Of a DNA stretch of 51,608 nt, positions 9,991 through 20,146 are shown piece after piece. The notes under the pieces were generated by a model, which was not told where the DNA came from, searched no databases, and worked only from the letters and a program-made list of their open reading frames with translations. The stretch is from Bacteroidia bacterium. GTDB lineage: Bacteria > Bacteroidota > Bacteroidia > Flavobacteriales_D > Crocinitomicaceae. Positions within the stretch are counted from its first letter, which is position 1; every line of letters begins with the position of its first letter. The translations under genes were made by a program, and so were the position numbers. The DNA lies in NCBI GenBank assembly GCA_030427935.1, contig JAUICI010000010.1:1-51608 (forward strand). The letters are read 5' to 3'.

Positions 9991-10392
9991 TTATTTGTTC
10001 ATGAAAAACCGGATGATGTCAGCTGTGGAAACAATTCCAGCAACTTCCTCTCCTTTGAGAATTGGTAAAGCATGAAATTCCCCTTTTGACAGGATTTCAG
10101 CTGCTTTTTCTACCGTGTCTTCGGTATATAAAAAGTAAGGGTTTGAAGACATGATCTCTTTAACTTTGGTATTTTGGTAAACCTCAGCATCATCAAATAA
10201 ACCTCCCTGATCTGCTTTTCTCATGAAATCGATCAAACTTACCATTCCAATTAATTTGCCATTTTCAACAACAGGAATGTGATGATGAAAATTTTCTTTC
10301 TCGTAAATATGCTTTACATCTACGAGTTTTTGATCCGGGTTAACCGTATCTACTTTCGAGGTCATGATCTGTGAAATGGGCGTCGATTTCAT
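9991..10392 (-). CDS. CBS-domain pair protein
   Basis: 133 aa, two CBS-like repeats (VVENGKLIGMVSLIDF ... VAGIVSTADIIRF). Confidence 0.8.
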   Translation of the reverse strand: MKSTPISQIMTSKVDTVNPDQKLVDVKHIYEKENFHHHIPVVENGKLIGMVSLIDFMRKADQGGLFDDAEVYQNTKVKEIMSSNPYFLYTEDTVEKAAEILSKGEFHALPILKGEEVAGIVSTADIIRFFMNK

Positions 10393-10520
10393 ATTTCAAA
10401 TTTTATTCAGACAAAGATAGGACTAAACTTCAATAGTAAAAAAGAAGATTTTGTAATAAAAAGCGGGTTTTCATCTGATATAAATCATTTTATTAAGCTA
10501 GAAACCGTCGTATATTTGTT

Positions 10521-10913
10521 TTGGATGAAAAGCGAATCACAATGAAAGCAAAAACTTTACTTGAATTAATTACGCTCTCGAGCACGATTTATCAGCTGTC
10601 GCAGAATGAAGCTTTGATGAATAAGTTGAAAGCCATGGCAGAGACGGGAAAAGAAAAGATTAATAATGCCGTTTCACAGCCCATTATAGATGAAGAAGGT
10701 AATGAAATGGAATTTGTTGATAAACTGATTCATAAGGCTGGACAAGCCAAAGACGAGTTGGAAAAAAAGATTGAAGAATCCGTTGCAGAATTCTATAAAA
10801 AGGTCAAACTTGCACACATCGATGAGATTAAAGGATTGAAATCTCAACTCGAGGAACAAGATAAAGTGATTGCCTTGTTGGAAGCGAGACTCAACAAACT
10901 GGAAAGTAAATAG
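10521..10913 (+). CDS. Hypothetical coiled-coil protein
   Basis: 130 aa, charged helical content, no recognisable motif. Confidence 0.35.
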   Translation: MDEKRITMKAKTLLELITLSSTIYQLSQNEALMNKLKAMAETGKEKINNAVSQPIIDEEGNEMEFVDKLIHKAGQAKDELEKKIEESVAEFYKKVKLAHIDEIKGLKSQLEEQDKVIALLEARLNKLESK

Positions 10914-10914
10914 A

Positions 10915-12636
10915 ATGGGAATTTTTTCTCGAATTAGAAGCAGATATAGGTCATTCGTGCGCTACAACCAGATCCTTCGGGTATTGGTGAAGTACGGATT
11001 TGAAGACTGGGTTCACCATCTTCAAAAGGAGAAAAAACTGCTTTTTTTTCGCAGATTAATTCCGAAATCCATTCGCAGACACGCCTCTGAACACACCAAA
11101 TGGGAAATGATTCGCTTGGCCTGTGAAGAATTGGGTCCAACCTTTATCAAATTTGGACAAGTCCTGAGTAATCGACCCGATTTAGTTCCAGTTGAACTCA
11201 TTCAAGAATTCGAAAAACTACAGGATAATGTACCACCCATGTCGGAAGAAGAAGCCAGAAACATGGTGGAATCTGAATTAAATGGAAGTGTAGATGAATT
11301 ATTTGCTTGGTACGAACCTCAGTGTTTCGCTGCAGCTTCGATGTCGCAAGTGCATAATGTGACGCTAAAAACTGGTGAGCGCGTTGCTTTAAAAATTCAA
11401 AGACCTGGTATCAAAAAAGTGATTAAGGAAGATATCAAAGTCATGTACCATATTGCCGCTATTCTCGAAAAAAGAATGCCGGAATTGAAAAGTTTTTCTC
11501 CCATCGAAATGGTGCAGCACTTCGAGAAATCCATCACCAGAGAAATGGATTTTATGAATGAATCCATCAATGTGCAACGTTTTCGCAACTATTTGAATCG
11601 TGATCAGTCGACCAAACAATTTGCTTACGCACCCAAAGTTTATTTAGAATTTACGACGGACAAGATTTTAGCCATGGAGTTCATCCAAGGGATTAAAATC
11701 AGTCATCATAATGAGCTGGAAGACAAAGGTTTTGACACAAAGGTATTGGCCTACCGCTTGTCAAATACCTTTTTCAAACAAATATTTGAATACGGTTTTT
11801 TCCATGCCGACCCTCACCCCGGAAACCTTTACGTTCTGCCTGATGGGAAAATTTGTTATTTAGATTTTGGCATGATGGGAACCATTCTACCTAGAGATAT
11901 TGAGGTTTTCGGTCGACTTTTTATTTCACTTCGGGAACAAAATGTACAAAACATCATCAAAGCGATTCAAGATTTGACGAATAATGCTCCGATCAACAAT
12001 ATGCGCGAATTTGAGTTTGATGTGCATGAGTTTGTGGAGCGGTATTATGTAAGAGAACTCAATGAAAGTGAAATGAGTACCATTTTGATGGAAGTGAAAG
12101 ACATCATTGTGCGACACCACCTCAAAGTTCCTGGGCATTTCTTTTTATTCATTAAAGCCATTGTGACCATAGAAGGCGTGACTTATAATCTCGATCCGAA
12201 TTTATACCAGTTTGAAGTGGTACGACCATATCTATTGAGAACAGTAGCCAAAAAACTCAACCCTCTCAAAATGGGTAAAAAGATTCTGAATTCCCTTTAC
12301 GAACTCGGAACTTATATGGAAGAATTTCCGGGTGATTTGAAGAATGCCATTAAAAAAATCAACGAGGGGCAAGTACGTGTAGATTTGACTCACAAAGGCG
12401 TTGATCCACTTGTCCACACGACCCAAAGAATCGCCAAGCAGATCATTTCAGCATTCTTAATCAGCGCCCTAATCATTGCTTCCTCATTATTTATCATCTT
12501 CGATATTCAGCCTACAATTGGGGGTTATTCCGATTTTGGAATCGCTGGACTCATCATTGCAGCCTTATTAACCTATGGCATGATCCGAAACTTAAAGAAA
12601 GGGGATCATGATGATTGGAAAGGTTGGGGGAGGTAA
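10915..12636 (+). CDS. ubiB: ABC1/UbiB-family atypical protein kinase
   Basis: ABC1 kinase-like core (FIKFGQVLSNRPDLVP ... VALKIQRPGI ... HADPHPGNL ... DFGMMG) plus C-terminal TM helices. Start set at the Met directly after the upstream stop. Confidence 0.8.
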   Translation: MGIFSRIRSRYRSFVRYNQILRVLVKYGFEDWVHHLQKEKKLLFFRRLIPKSIRRHASEHTKWEMIRLACEELGPTFIKFGQVLSNRPDLVPVELIQEFEKLQDNVPPMSEEEARNMVESELNGSVDELFAWYEPQCFAAASMSQVHNVTLKTGERVALKIQRPGIKKVIKEDIKVMYHIAAILEKRMPELKSFSPIEMVQHFEKSITREMDFMNESINVQRFRNYLNRDQSTKQFAYAPKVYLEFTTDKILAMEFIQGIKISHHNELEDKGFDTKVLAYRLSNTFFKQIFEYGFFHADPHPGNLYVLPDGKICYLDFGMMGTILPRDIEVFGRLFISLREQNVQNIIKAIQDLTNNAPINNMREFEFDVHEFVERYYVRELNESEMSTILMEVKDIIVRHHLKVPGHFFLFIKAIVTIEGVTYNLDPNLYQFEVVRPYLLRTVAKKLNPLKMGKKILNSLYELGTYMEEFPGDLKNAIKKINEGQVRVDLTHKGVDPLVHTTQRIAKQIISAFLISALIIASSLFIIFDIQPTIGGYSDFGIAGLIIAALLTYGMIRNLKKGDHDDWKGWGR

Positions 12637-12645
12637 AATCTATTT

Positions 12646-14622
12646 TTATTCATCATATGGATCCATGATTCCTCGATTTTGGTAGGGTAGTTTTACAGTG
12701 AATTGACCAGGATTTACACTTCCATTTATTTCATTACTGTATAAGACATTCTCATCTTCAGAATTATAGTTTCTTTTATAAACTAATTTGACTCGGAGTT
12801 TTGTTTGGAATGAACCTTCATATTTTGGTGAAATAAAACTCCAATGGTAATCAGGAGGTAAATACAAAGTATGGTAACTATTTCCACACCAGCTATTCGG
12901 AATATATTCAATATCCTTCCAAACACCATCTTGATCTTTTGCCTGAAAATTCATGTACAACCGACTATCCTGGGCATCAAAATATATCGTGTCATGCGAA
13001 TTGTTCAGTAATAATATTTTATTGGATTCATATTTATTATAGATCTTTTCCTTTGAGTTGGTGTCGATTAGAATTTGCAGCTCTCCATTGTTTGGTAGAT
13101 TTGAGTTATTTTTTGACATTCCATTTTTAGAGCCGCCCCAACCACCCCACCTCTCTAATTCTTTAAGACTGGGAGATGAAGCATAAAAATATGCTCTTTT
13201 CATAAAATCGATATTCAATTTTCGGACGATTAACTCATGATCTTCAGATTGCCAAACTGAATTAAAATTTCTGTTCAAATAAAAAGTTCTTCTTCCCTGT
13301 CTAGCATAAAGTAAATGGCTTCCAGGTCTGGTTTCGTATAAAAAATCATACTTCGGTAATAAAACAGCTCCTGTTTTTATATTCCAGCATCCATATTTCA
13401 GTTTATACGCCTTCGATTCACTTTCAATTTTTATAATGACAAAATCTCCTCTTCTTTCAAGTTTACCTCTAGTATATTCCTTTCGTAATTCCTTATCACC
13501 TAAATTTCCATTGACATCAATGGTTGTCCAGGTTCCATTTACTTTCACAGGTTCTATTCCATCAAGAAAAAAATTCTTGTATTTCCACTGAATTACCGGA
13601 AAGAGAATCTCTTGAATCGTATCTTTATTTAAAATAGTTCCTTTTGTATCGATCAAGTTCCAATTACCTGAAGGTAGCTGAACAAAAGCTCTACCATGTT
13701 TGAAAGAAGTCATCTGAACCCAATTTTCATCAGACAAAACAATTTTTCCTTTCTTGTTTATGACCGCCGAATAGGTTTCTCTACCATCTCTTTCCTTATC
13801 GAAATAGATATTGATATTTAATAAACCATCGTGAAATCCACTTTGAAATATTGGCGTATCCCAATCTTGATCTTCATCATTGAACAAAACCCTCCCTTTT
13901 GAATCAATCAAACCATTCACTTCATATGCATTCTTACCTTTTCCTTCATCCCAAGTAGCCCAAGCTACACCATTTTGAAACTCATCGATCCCTAGAAACT
14001 TGCCATAATTGATAATAAAATTCCCATTTGTATCAATTACACCAGATTCTCTATCCCCAACTCCATCAACTCTAACAGGAAATTCACCATTTTTACCGGT
14101 AACTGAAGCCAGTCCATTATTAAACTTTTTAATGCTTCTAAAAACCGTATCGGTTAACCAATCCCCATCCTTGTTGATTAATGCGTATTTATTTCCAACC
14201 GATTGAATTCCATCTTTAGGATACTTATGATAAATAAATAGATCTTTTGCACCTGATCGGGATACATGTCCATCGACATCCAGAAATAACTTCTTCCCAT
14301 TTTTGTCAACAAAACACTTTTTCCCCTTAAAATGAACATTGGCAACACCATCCAAAAATGGATACGCATAATCAAAAGCCGGGAGAATAGCATATTCTCC
14401 AGTGGAATCAATAAAACCATATAATCCATGTTCCCGTACTTCTGCTAACCCTTCTACAAATGTCCCAGCGTAGAAATATTTGGGAGGGATTACTGTTTCC
14501 CCTTTAGAGTTGATATAGCCATATTTACCGTCAACTTCAATTGGGTATAAATCAACCTGACTAAACAATGAAACTTCTAAAAACAGAAGAATAGAAATAA
14601 GAAACAATCGAACAAATAGCAT
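12646..14622 (-). CDS. Secreted WG-containing beta-repeat (KWG/WG_beta_rep) protein
   Basis: Signal peptide, then many repeats of the form GKYGYINSKGETVIPPKY / GLIDSKGRVL. Confidence 0.7.
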   Translation of the reverse strand: MLFVRLFLISILLFLEVSLFSQVDLYPIEVDGKYGYINSKGETVIPPKYFYAGTFVEGLAEVREHGLYGFIDSTGEYAILPAFDYAYPFLDGVANVHFKGKKCFVDKNGKKLFLDVDGHVSRSGAKDLFIYHKYPKDGIQSVGNKYALINKDGDWLTDTVFRSIKKFNNGLASVTGKNGEFPVRVDGVGDRESGVIDTNGNFIINYGKFLGIDEFQNGVAWATWDEGKGKNAYEVNGLIDSKGRVLFNDEDQDWDTPIFQSGFHDGLLNINIYFDKERDGRETYSAVINKKGKIVLSDENWVQMTSFKHGRAFVQLPSGNWNLIDTKGTILNKDTIQEILFPVIQWKYKNFFLDGIEPVKVNGTWTTIDVNGNLGDKELRKEYTRGKLERRGDFVIIKIESESKAYKLKYGCWNIKTGAVLLPKYDFLYETRPGSHLLYARQGRRTFYLNRNFNSVWQSEDHELIVRKLNIDFMKRAYFYASSPSLKELERWGGWGGSKNGMSKNNSNLPNNGELQILIDTNSKEKIYNKYESNKILLLNNSHDTIYFDAQDSRLYMNFQAKDQDGVWKDIEYIPNSWCGNSYHTLYLPPDYHWSFISPKYEGSFQTKLRVKLVYKRNYNSEDENVLYSNEINGSVNPGQFTVKLPYQNRGIMDPYDE

Positions 14623-14749
14623 AAAATAGGTTTAGTGCAATGATGAAAAATCACCTCAAATTCCACAACGAATTTCAAAGGAAAAGTTACAAAAAAAGGG
14701 ATGAAACAATATCCATCTTTATACTTTCTATCTTGAACTTACTACCCTT

Positions 14750-15010
14750 CGACTATGGTTCGACTTGCTACGCAGCTCACCATTGCTCCATCGGCCGCCA
14801 TGCGCCTGCGTTGTAGCTTCAGCACAAGTGTAAAGCTTGCCGACGGCGAGGCAGGGACCGTTTGAATTGGTACATTGGCTGGCCGCAATCCCAAGCAATC
14901 AAATTTAGTAAACTCGTTTATGCGGCCAACTGAGACTCACTTTAACCACGGTCATTGAGCGAAACCGAGTGGAACGTAGTGGAATCGAGGTTTAGTCGAA
15001 ATGTTGTTTG
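14750..15010. other. GC-rich structured non-coding patch (candidate small RNA or 3' cis element), identity unresolved
   Basis: About 260 nt, much more GC-rich than flanks, with many compensatory inverted repeats (GGCCGC...GCGGCC, GCTAC..CGCAG/CTGCG..GTAGC). No ORF. Shares motifs with patch 31655-31860 (GGTTCGA-CTT-GC-TACGCAGC, CAGGGACCG, TAGTG..TCGA..TTAGTCGA). Confidence 0.25.
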
Positions 15011-15205
15011 TCTTACTGTATTCAGTTTATTTACTCCAAGCTCACGTTTACTGAACACATACGCTAAAACTATTACATTGAGTTATAGACGAAATGTTTC
15101 AATCATTTCTCTAATTCTTCTCTCAAGAAAGCTTTGATTCCTTAAACCAAAAAGGGATGAATCACTTCACCCCTACTTAGTACTTTTCACTTAGAACTTA
15201 GAACT

Positions 15206-15223
15206 GCGAAGCTACGGCTTCGC
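15206..15223 (-). terminator. Hairpin terminator overlapping the 3' end of the 15212-15811 gene
   Basis: GCGAAGC-tacg-GCTTCGC perfect 7-bp stem, followed on the minus strand by AGTTCTAAGTTCTAAG rather than a U-tract. Confidence 0.45.
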
Positions 15224-15811
15224 AAAAGCACTCTTAAAATGGCTAAAAGCCTGTGAGATTTCTTCCTGGAAATGCTCAAATCTACCTTCGTCTTTGGCAG
15301 TTTGAATTTTTCCTTTCATATCTTCAACGAATTTGTCGAACTCTACTTTTCCTTTATCGTAGGCCTCTTTTGCTGCTTCTGTTCCCGCGGCCAAATAGCT
15401 CATCAGAAAGTGTACCTGTACTTTGAAGTTTTCCAATTCAATTAAAAGCGCGGCATAGTAAGTCTTCAATTTTTCATCAGATTTAATCTTATCAATGATC
15501 TCATCAATTTTCGCCTCGATTTTTTCTTTATGTGCTTTGTAGGCCTCTTCAGTTTGAGCTTTACCTTCTTCCAAGAGTGCTCGTAGAGGTTCCAAATACA
15601 TATTCAATTCAGCGACCTTCTCTTTTCCAGCATCAATTTCATCTTCATGCTCATTCAAAAACTGATTCAATTTCTTTTTTAATTCTTCATACTTGTCTTC
15701 AGCTTCCGCTTTTCCAAGATGCAATTTCACCTGCAATTCTTCCAATTCTGTAGCTGCTTTTCTCAAAGCTCCTGCTACCTTATCCAATAAATGTGTATTT
15801 TCTTGTGCCAT
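15212..15811 (-). CDS. Hypothetical coiled-coil (apolipoprotein/YtxH-like) protein
   Basis: 199 aa, Glu/Lys-rich heptad pattern. Confidence 0.4.
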   Translation of the reverse strand: MAQENTHLLDKVAGALRKAATELEELQVKLHLGKAEAEDKYEELKKKLNQFLNEHEDEIDAGKEKVAELNMYLEPLRALLEEGKAQTEEAYKAHKEKIEAKIDEIIDKIKSDEKLKTYYAALLIELENFKVQVHFLMSYLAAGTEAAKEAYDKGKVEFDKFVEDMKGKIQTAKDEGRFEHFQEEISQAFSHFKSAFAKP

Positions 15812-15889
15812 GTTAATTTCGATTTATCCTTTAAAGTTAAAGAATAAATTGAGCAAAAAAATTGATGTTTATCAGCCTTTTAGTTGATA

Positions 15890-17020
15890 TTACTTCAGTC
15901 TTCTGAAATACTTGGTTGAATCTACCCGACCAGAAATCACTTCCTTTAAGTTCGAAAGCAGGACATCAGGCTCGACCAAAGCATCTCCAAAATAGTCGGA
16001 TTCCGCAGTATTGCAGAAAAGGACATTTCCTTGCTCAACTGCCGAAAATTCGGGATAAACAGGATCTTCTGATTTTAAATCATCCATTGAAAAACCAGCC
16101 TGCCTTTGTGCGATGATAATCCAATAAGGCGTTCCCAAACATTCATCAATAATCTCTTCCCTCGATTTTTGGATGTTCTCATCTTGATTGGTTCCTTGAT
16201 ATTCGTATAGCATACCTGCATCAGAAATCAGCTGAACAGAATAGGAGTTTCCGGGGGGACAATTCCAAACCCCTTGAAAAGGCAAATTCATGAAATACCG
16301 ATGGAATATATGTTGGGTCTCTTTCAATGAATCATAGCGAGAAGCAATCTCATCAAAAAGCCGAGTTGCCAATTCTTCCTGATTGTAGAAAAGAGCAAAA
16401 AATTTCACCCATTCCAATTTGGCCATAGTGCTTGTTTCTAGATACTCGGTTGTTAAGACAAAGGGCACATGCTCTCGAATATTCTCAACGGCATCTTGGT
16501 CGAATGGATACATGAAAATAAGTTCGGGATCCAAATCAACCAATAACTCTTTATTCAGTTTGCCTCCGGCGCTTAAATTTTGTAGCTGACCTTCTAGGAA
16601 CCTTTTTTGGGCATTTTCATTTTTCACCCACTCAGCAAATGCAACAGCCTTCAGGGAATTTAGAGATTCAATTTTATCTAAATAAGACACGTGAGTTGTG
16701 GATTGACTCACTACATTTTCAAGAGGCAATTTGAATCTTTTTAATTTAGCTTCCTCGTATCCCAATTTGATCAGATCCTTATTTAAAAGAATAAACTCAT
16801 CTAATACTTCACCATTCTTGGGGTGCAGTACTTTCACGTGTTTTCCGCCATCAAAATACTCCACTGAAAAACCTTTGGCGAATTTTATTTCGACCTGAAT
16901 GGACTCCACATTTGAAGCCGCTTTTTCTTTCTTTTCAAATTGATCTTTATTGATGCAGGACGATAGAGAAAGGACGATAGAGAATAGATAATAGACTTTT
17001 ATAGTAAGTTTATTTTTCAT
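15890..17020 (-). CDS. Lipoprotein, possibly a periplasmic substrate-binding (Peripla_BP_2/FecB-BtuF-like) protein
   Basis: Lipobox LSLSSC. Weak resemblance to ABC substrate-binding proteins. 11-nt overlap with the upstream gene suggests an operon. Confidence 0.35.
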   Translation of the reverse strand: MKNKLTIKVYYLFSIVLSLSSCINKDQFEKKEKAASNVESIQVEIKFAKGFSVEYFDGGKHVKVLHPKNGEVLDEFILLNKDLIKLGYEEAKLKRFKLPLENVVSQSTTHVSYLDKIESLNSLKAVAFAEWVKNENAQKRFLEGQLQNLSAGGKLNKELLVDLDPELIFMYPFDQDAVENIREHVPFVLTTEYLETSTMAKLEWVKFFALFYNQEELATRLFDEIASRYDSLKETQHIFHRYFMNLPFQGVWNCPPGNSYSVQLISDAGMLYEYQGTNQDENIQKSREEIIDECLGTPYWIIIAQRQAGFSMDDLKSEDPVYPEFSAVEQGNVLFCNTAESDYFGDALVEPDVLLSNLKEVISGRVDSTKYFRRLK

Positions 17021-18224
17021 TTAAACTAATATTATAGTTTAACACTTCTTTCCAACCGTCCCATTTTCCATAATTTCCAATGGTTTCATTATGCCAGAGA
17101 CAAATAAAATTTCCTCCAAATTTTTTTGTTTTATCCGTTAGATCCTCAATGGCTTCTTTTGCTTTTTCGGGGTTGAGTTCTAGGTATTCATTTAGAGTTC
17201 CATCCATATATTGGAAAGGAAAAATCTTTAAATCCGTTTTTCGGTTTTCGAGCAAATCAAAGAAATAAAAACTTCGGGAAGTTCCAGCTCGCCAACCATA
17301 ATGTGCTGCAAAGCCCATGGAATAGTCTTCTTTTATTCCAATAGATTCCAAAATTTGGTAGGTGTCAGGTAGCTTCAATCTCAAGAAATGCTGACGTGAA
17401 CGAATGATTTCGTGACCCACAATTTCTTCCAATCTTTCCTTTTCTTTCTTGACTTTTTCAGGATTTCCGAAAGAATCAAAACTCGGGTGAATCCCCACTT
17501 GAGCATATTGATCTACCTTCCGTATTAATTCCTGAAACTCTTTATTCTTCCAATTTATATTCCGATCATACTTAGCATAATCTCCCAAAAGGAAAAATAC
17601 TTTTGGTTGGAATTCAGCCAGTGCCTCAATCTGTTCAAAAGTGTCGTAAGGGTCTTTCAGTTTACCAGACAAGACCTGAGCTCTTTCCTTTAAACGTACT
17701 TTGTTTTGATTCACCATATCCTTGGCTTTGGATGCAGTGGTTCGCATACTCCCTTTGTTCTTGTAGGCCCAGGCATTATCTATATCAAAAGTGGGAATAA
17801 ATTGGTAAGGAAAACTACCATCTATGCCCAGTTTTTCTCGAATTTGATACACCCATTCATCTACAATTGGTTCATCTAAATGCTCAGATTTAAACTGTTC
17901 AGAAACATTGGCTGGAAATCGTTCAAAATGGTCTGTCTTTTCGCTCACATATTCCTCATATCGGGTCAACACATAAAAAATATTCGACAAGGCATCATCG
18001 TGTTTATACCCATGGTGATAGTCGTCAATTAAAGATTCTTGCTGCAATAAGCCCGAAGGTATCATCCACAAATTCGCCTTGACTTCTTCGTTCGAATAAT
18101 TCAATACTTTATGTTCTTTTGAGAGCTTCGTTTTGTCCAGAACAACTTGATATTGATCCTCAAAAATGAACTCTAAAACATAATGGAGTCGAATCGTTTC
18201 TTTATGACAATAAACCTGTATCAC
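17010..18224 (-). CDS. Polysaccharide-deacetylase-like (NodB-fold) hypothetical protein
   Basis: C-terminal half has GIHPS...HEIIRSRQHFLRL, resembling CE4 His-box motifs. Weak call. Confidence 0.3.
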   Translation of the reverse strand: MIQVYCHKETIRLHYVLEFIFEDQYQVVLDKTKLSKEHKVLNYSNEEVKANLWMIPSGLLQQESLIDDYHHGYKHDDALSNIFYVLTRYEEYVSEKTDHFERFPANVSEQFKSEHLDEPIVDEWVYQIREKLGIDGSFPYQFIPTFDIDNAWAYKNKGSMRTTASKAKDMVNQNKVRLKERAQVLSGKLKDPYDTFEQIEALAEFQPKVFFLLGDYAKYDRNINWKNKEFQELIRKVDQYAQVGIHPSFDSFGNPEKVKKEKERLEEIVGHEIIRSRQHFLRLKLPDTYQILESIGIKEDYSMGFAAHYGWRAGTSRSFYFFDLLENRKTDLKIFPFQYMDGTLNEYLELNPEKAKEAIEDLTDKTKKFGGNFICLWHNETIGNYGKWDGWKEVLNYNISLNEK

Positions 18225-19363
18225 TTCACTAAAAATTCTTGAATTGTGTGGGCTATTTTTTCCGAAGAATTTCCTTTCCCATAAAAATCAGGATACGTCA
18301 ACTCTCTATTCTCAAATTCTTTGAAGGCCTTTCGTATTTTTTCTTGATCTGGACCTGTTAAAATCGCATTTCCATTTTCAACCAACTCTACCCATTCCGT
18401 CTCTTCCCTTAGAACAATACAAGGTTTTCTCAAGAAAAATGCTTCCTTTTGAATACCTCCGGAATCTGTTACGATCATTCTTGATTTTGACTCTAGTTGG
18501 ACTATGTCTAAAAAAGAAACAGGATCGATTATCTTAAACTTACTAGATTGCTCTATTTGATTTCTTAACTGGGGATCCACAAGCTGGTGAAACATCTTCT
18601 TGGTGCGCGGATGAATCGGCAAGATGCAAGTAATATTATTGGATTCAGCTAACTCCAAAAGACTCGAAAATATGGCGTTGATATGGGTCTCATTGTCTGT
18701 ATTTGATGGTCGATGACAAGTAGCAAGTATAAAGTCTTCTTTCACTCCGATCTCTTGCAAAATCCGAGAATTCTCATTGGCCAATTTTGAAAAATATAAG
18801 GTATTGTCCAACATGATATCTCCAATAGTTTCAATAAATGGGTGAGCTGCATTGGCATCTTTTATCGAAGCATTTGAACTAAAGTTTTCGTTTTCCAAAT
18901 TCCTTTCTGCTTCAGAAGTAGGGCAATACAAAAGAGTGGATTTTTGATCTGTTAAGATTCGATTTTTCTCTTCTGGCATTTCTTGGTTAAAAGACCTGAG
19001 TCCCGCTTCAATATGAGCCACTGGAACTTGAAGTTCATATGCGGCATTTGCCCCAGCAAGTGTTGAATTCGTATCGCCATAAACCAAGACCAAATCAGGT
19101 AGTTCTTTTTCCATGAGTTCCTTGATCCCTTCGGTCATGATTCGAATTTGCTCTTCCCTTTCCCCCGATCCAGTATTAAGATTGTACTTCGGTTTGGGAA
19201 TATTAAGCTCAGAGAAGAAAACATCTGACATATTTTGATCATAATGCTGACCCGTATGCACCAATACCTCTTCGATATCTGCGCAATTCTGAAAAGCCCT
19301 GCTCATCGCTGCTGCCTTGATGATCTGTGGTCGAGCCCCTACAATGGTAATAATTTTCTTCAT
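18221..19363 (-). CDS. wecB: UDP-N-acetylglucosamine 2-epimerase (non-hydrolysing)
   Basis: MKKIITIVGARPQIIKAAAM...HTGQHYD...VYGDTNSTLAG...VAHIEAGLRS, typical for this epimerase. Confidence 0.85.
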   Translation of the reverse strand: MKKIITIVGARPQIIKAAAMSRAFQNCADIEEVLVHTGQHYDQNMSDVFFSELNIPKPKYNLNTGSGEREEQIRIMTEGIKELMEKELPDLVLVYGDTNSTLAGANAAYELQVPVAHIEAGLRSFNQEMPEEKNRILTDQKSTLLYCPTSEAERNLENENFSSNASIKDANAAHPFIETIGDIMLDNTLYFSKLANENSRILQEIGVKEDFILATCHRPSNTDNETHINAIFSSLLELAESNNITCILPIHPRTKKMFHQLVDPQLRNQIEQSSKFKIIDPVSFLDIVQLESKSRMIVTDSGGIQKEAFFLRKPCIVLREETEWVELVENGNAILTGPDQEKIRKAFKEFENRELTYPDFYGKGNSSEKIAHTIQEFLVK

Positions 19364-19421
19364 GAGGTAAAAATAGTTAAATAACCCGTGAATTTAAATG
19401 ACCCCGGAATTCCAGGGTCAT

Positions 19422-20141
19422 TTAAAACGAAACTCCTTCATCCACAAAACTATAATAACCATTGTCTGTAAATATGAGATGATCCAAAAGCTGAATATCG
19501 ATCATTTTCGCGAAACCATTGATTCTCTTGGTGAGATCGACGTCAGACTGACTCGGTTTTAAGTTTCCGCTTGGGTGGTTGTGACACATGATGAAAGCGG
19601 ATGCATTATTTTCCAAAACGTCTTTGAAAATGATTTTACCATCCACAATCGTACTGGACAAACCTCCTTTAGAGATGAGCACATATTTGATGACTTGGTT
19701 GGAACGGTTGAGCAGAATAATATAAAACTCTTCATGCACTTTGTCTTCAAATAGGTGTTTGAAATTATCGTAAATACATTTGGAACTTGTAATCTTCAGT
19801 TTCTTTGAAACATAGGCGTCTTTTCGTCTACCTAATTCCAAAGCCGCGGCAATAGTGATGGCTTTTGCTGGGCCAATCCCTTTGCTTTTGCATAATTCCG
19901 AAATCGAAGCTCGAGCCAATAAATTCAAGTCGTTTTGATACTTATTCAGGATCATTTTTGCCAATTCAATGGCCGAAAAATCTTTGGTTCCTGTATTGAT
20001 TAAAATGGCTAAAAGTTCGGCATCAGAAAGTGCCTGTTTCCCTTTTAAGTTCATTTTTTCACGCGGACGATCATCTTCCGCAAGGGATTTAATGGTGAAT
20101 TTGGTGGTATTCATTTTAAGTGGTTTTTGATTATTGAACAA
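19422..20141 (-). CDS. radC: RadC-family JAB/MPN domain protein
   Basis: DRPREK...LSDAELLAILINTG N-terminal HhH region and the HNHPSG JAMM motif. The true start may be the internal Met near 20114. Confidence 0.85.
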   Translation of the reverse strand: MFNNQKPLKMNTTKFTIKSLAEDDRPREKMNLKGKQALSDAELLAILINTGTKDFSAIELAKMILNKYQNDLNLLARASISELCKSKGIGPAKAITIAAALELGRRKDAYVSKKLKITSSKCIYDNFKHLFEDKVHEEFYIILLNRSNQVIKYVLISKGGLSSTIVDGKIIFKDVLENNASAFIMCHNHPSGNLKPSQSDVDLTKRINGFAKMIDIQLLDHLIFTDNGYYSFVDEGVSF

Positions 20142-20146
20142 TTATA

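Noticed and set aside
14750-15010. Tried to assign the GC-rich patch to tmRNA, RNase P RNA, SRP RNA, 5S rRNA fragment, or a cobalamin/TPP/SAM riboswitch
   Set aside because: No tag-peptide frame ending in ALAA-like residues and no tRNA-like 3' end. No GGAAAGUCCGG (RNase P), no GGUCAGGUCCGGAAGG (SRP), no B12 box GCCACUG, no CUGAGA...GAACCUGAUC TPP core. Only short partial resemblances.
14955-15137. ORF 14955-15137 (+), 60 aa
   Set aside because: Lies inside the GC-rich structured patch and AT-rich spacer. No start context or conservation signal.
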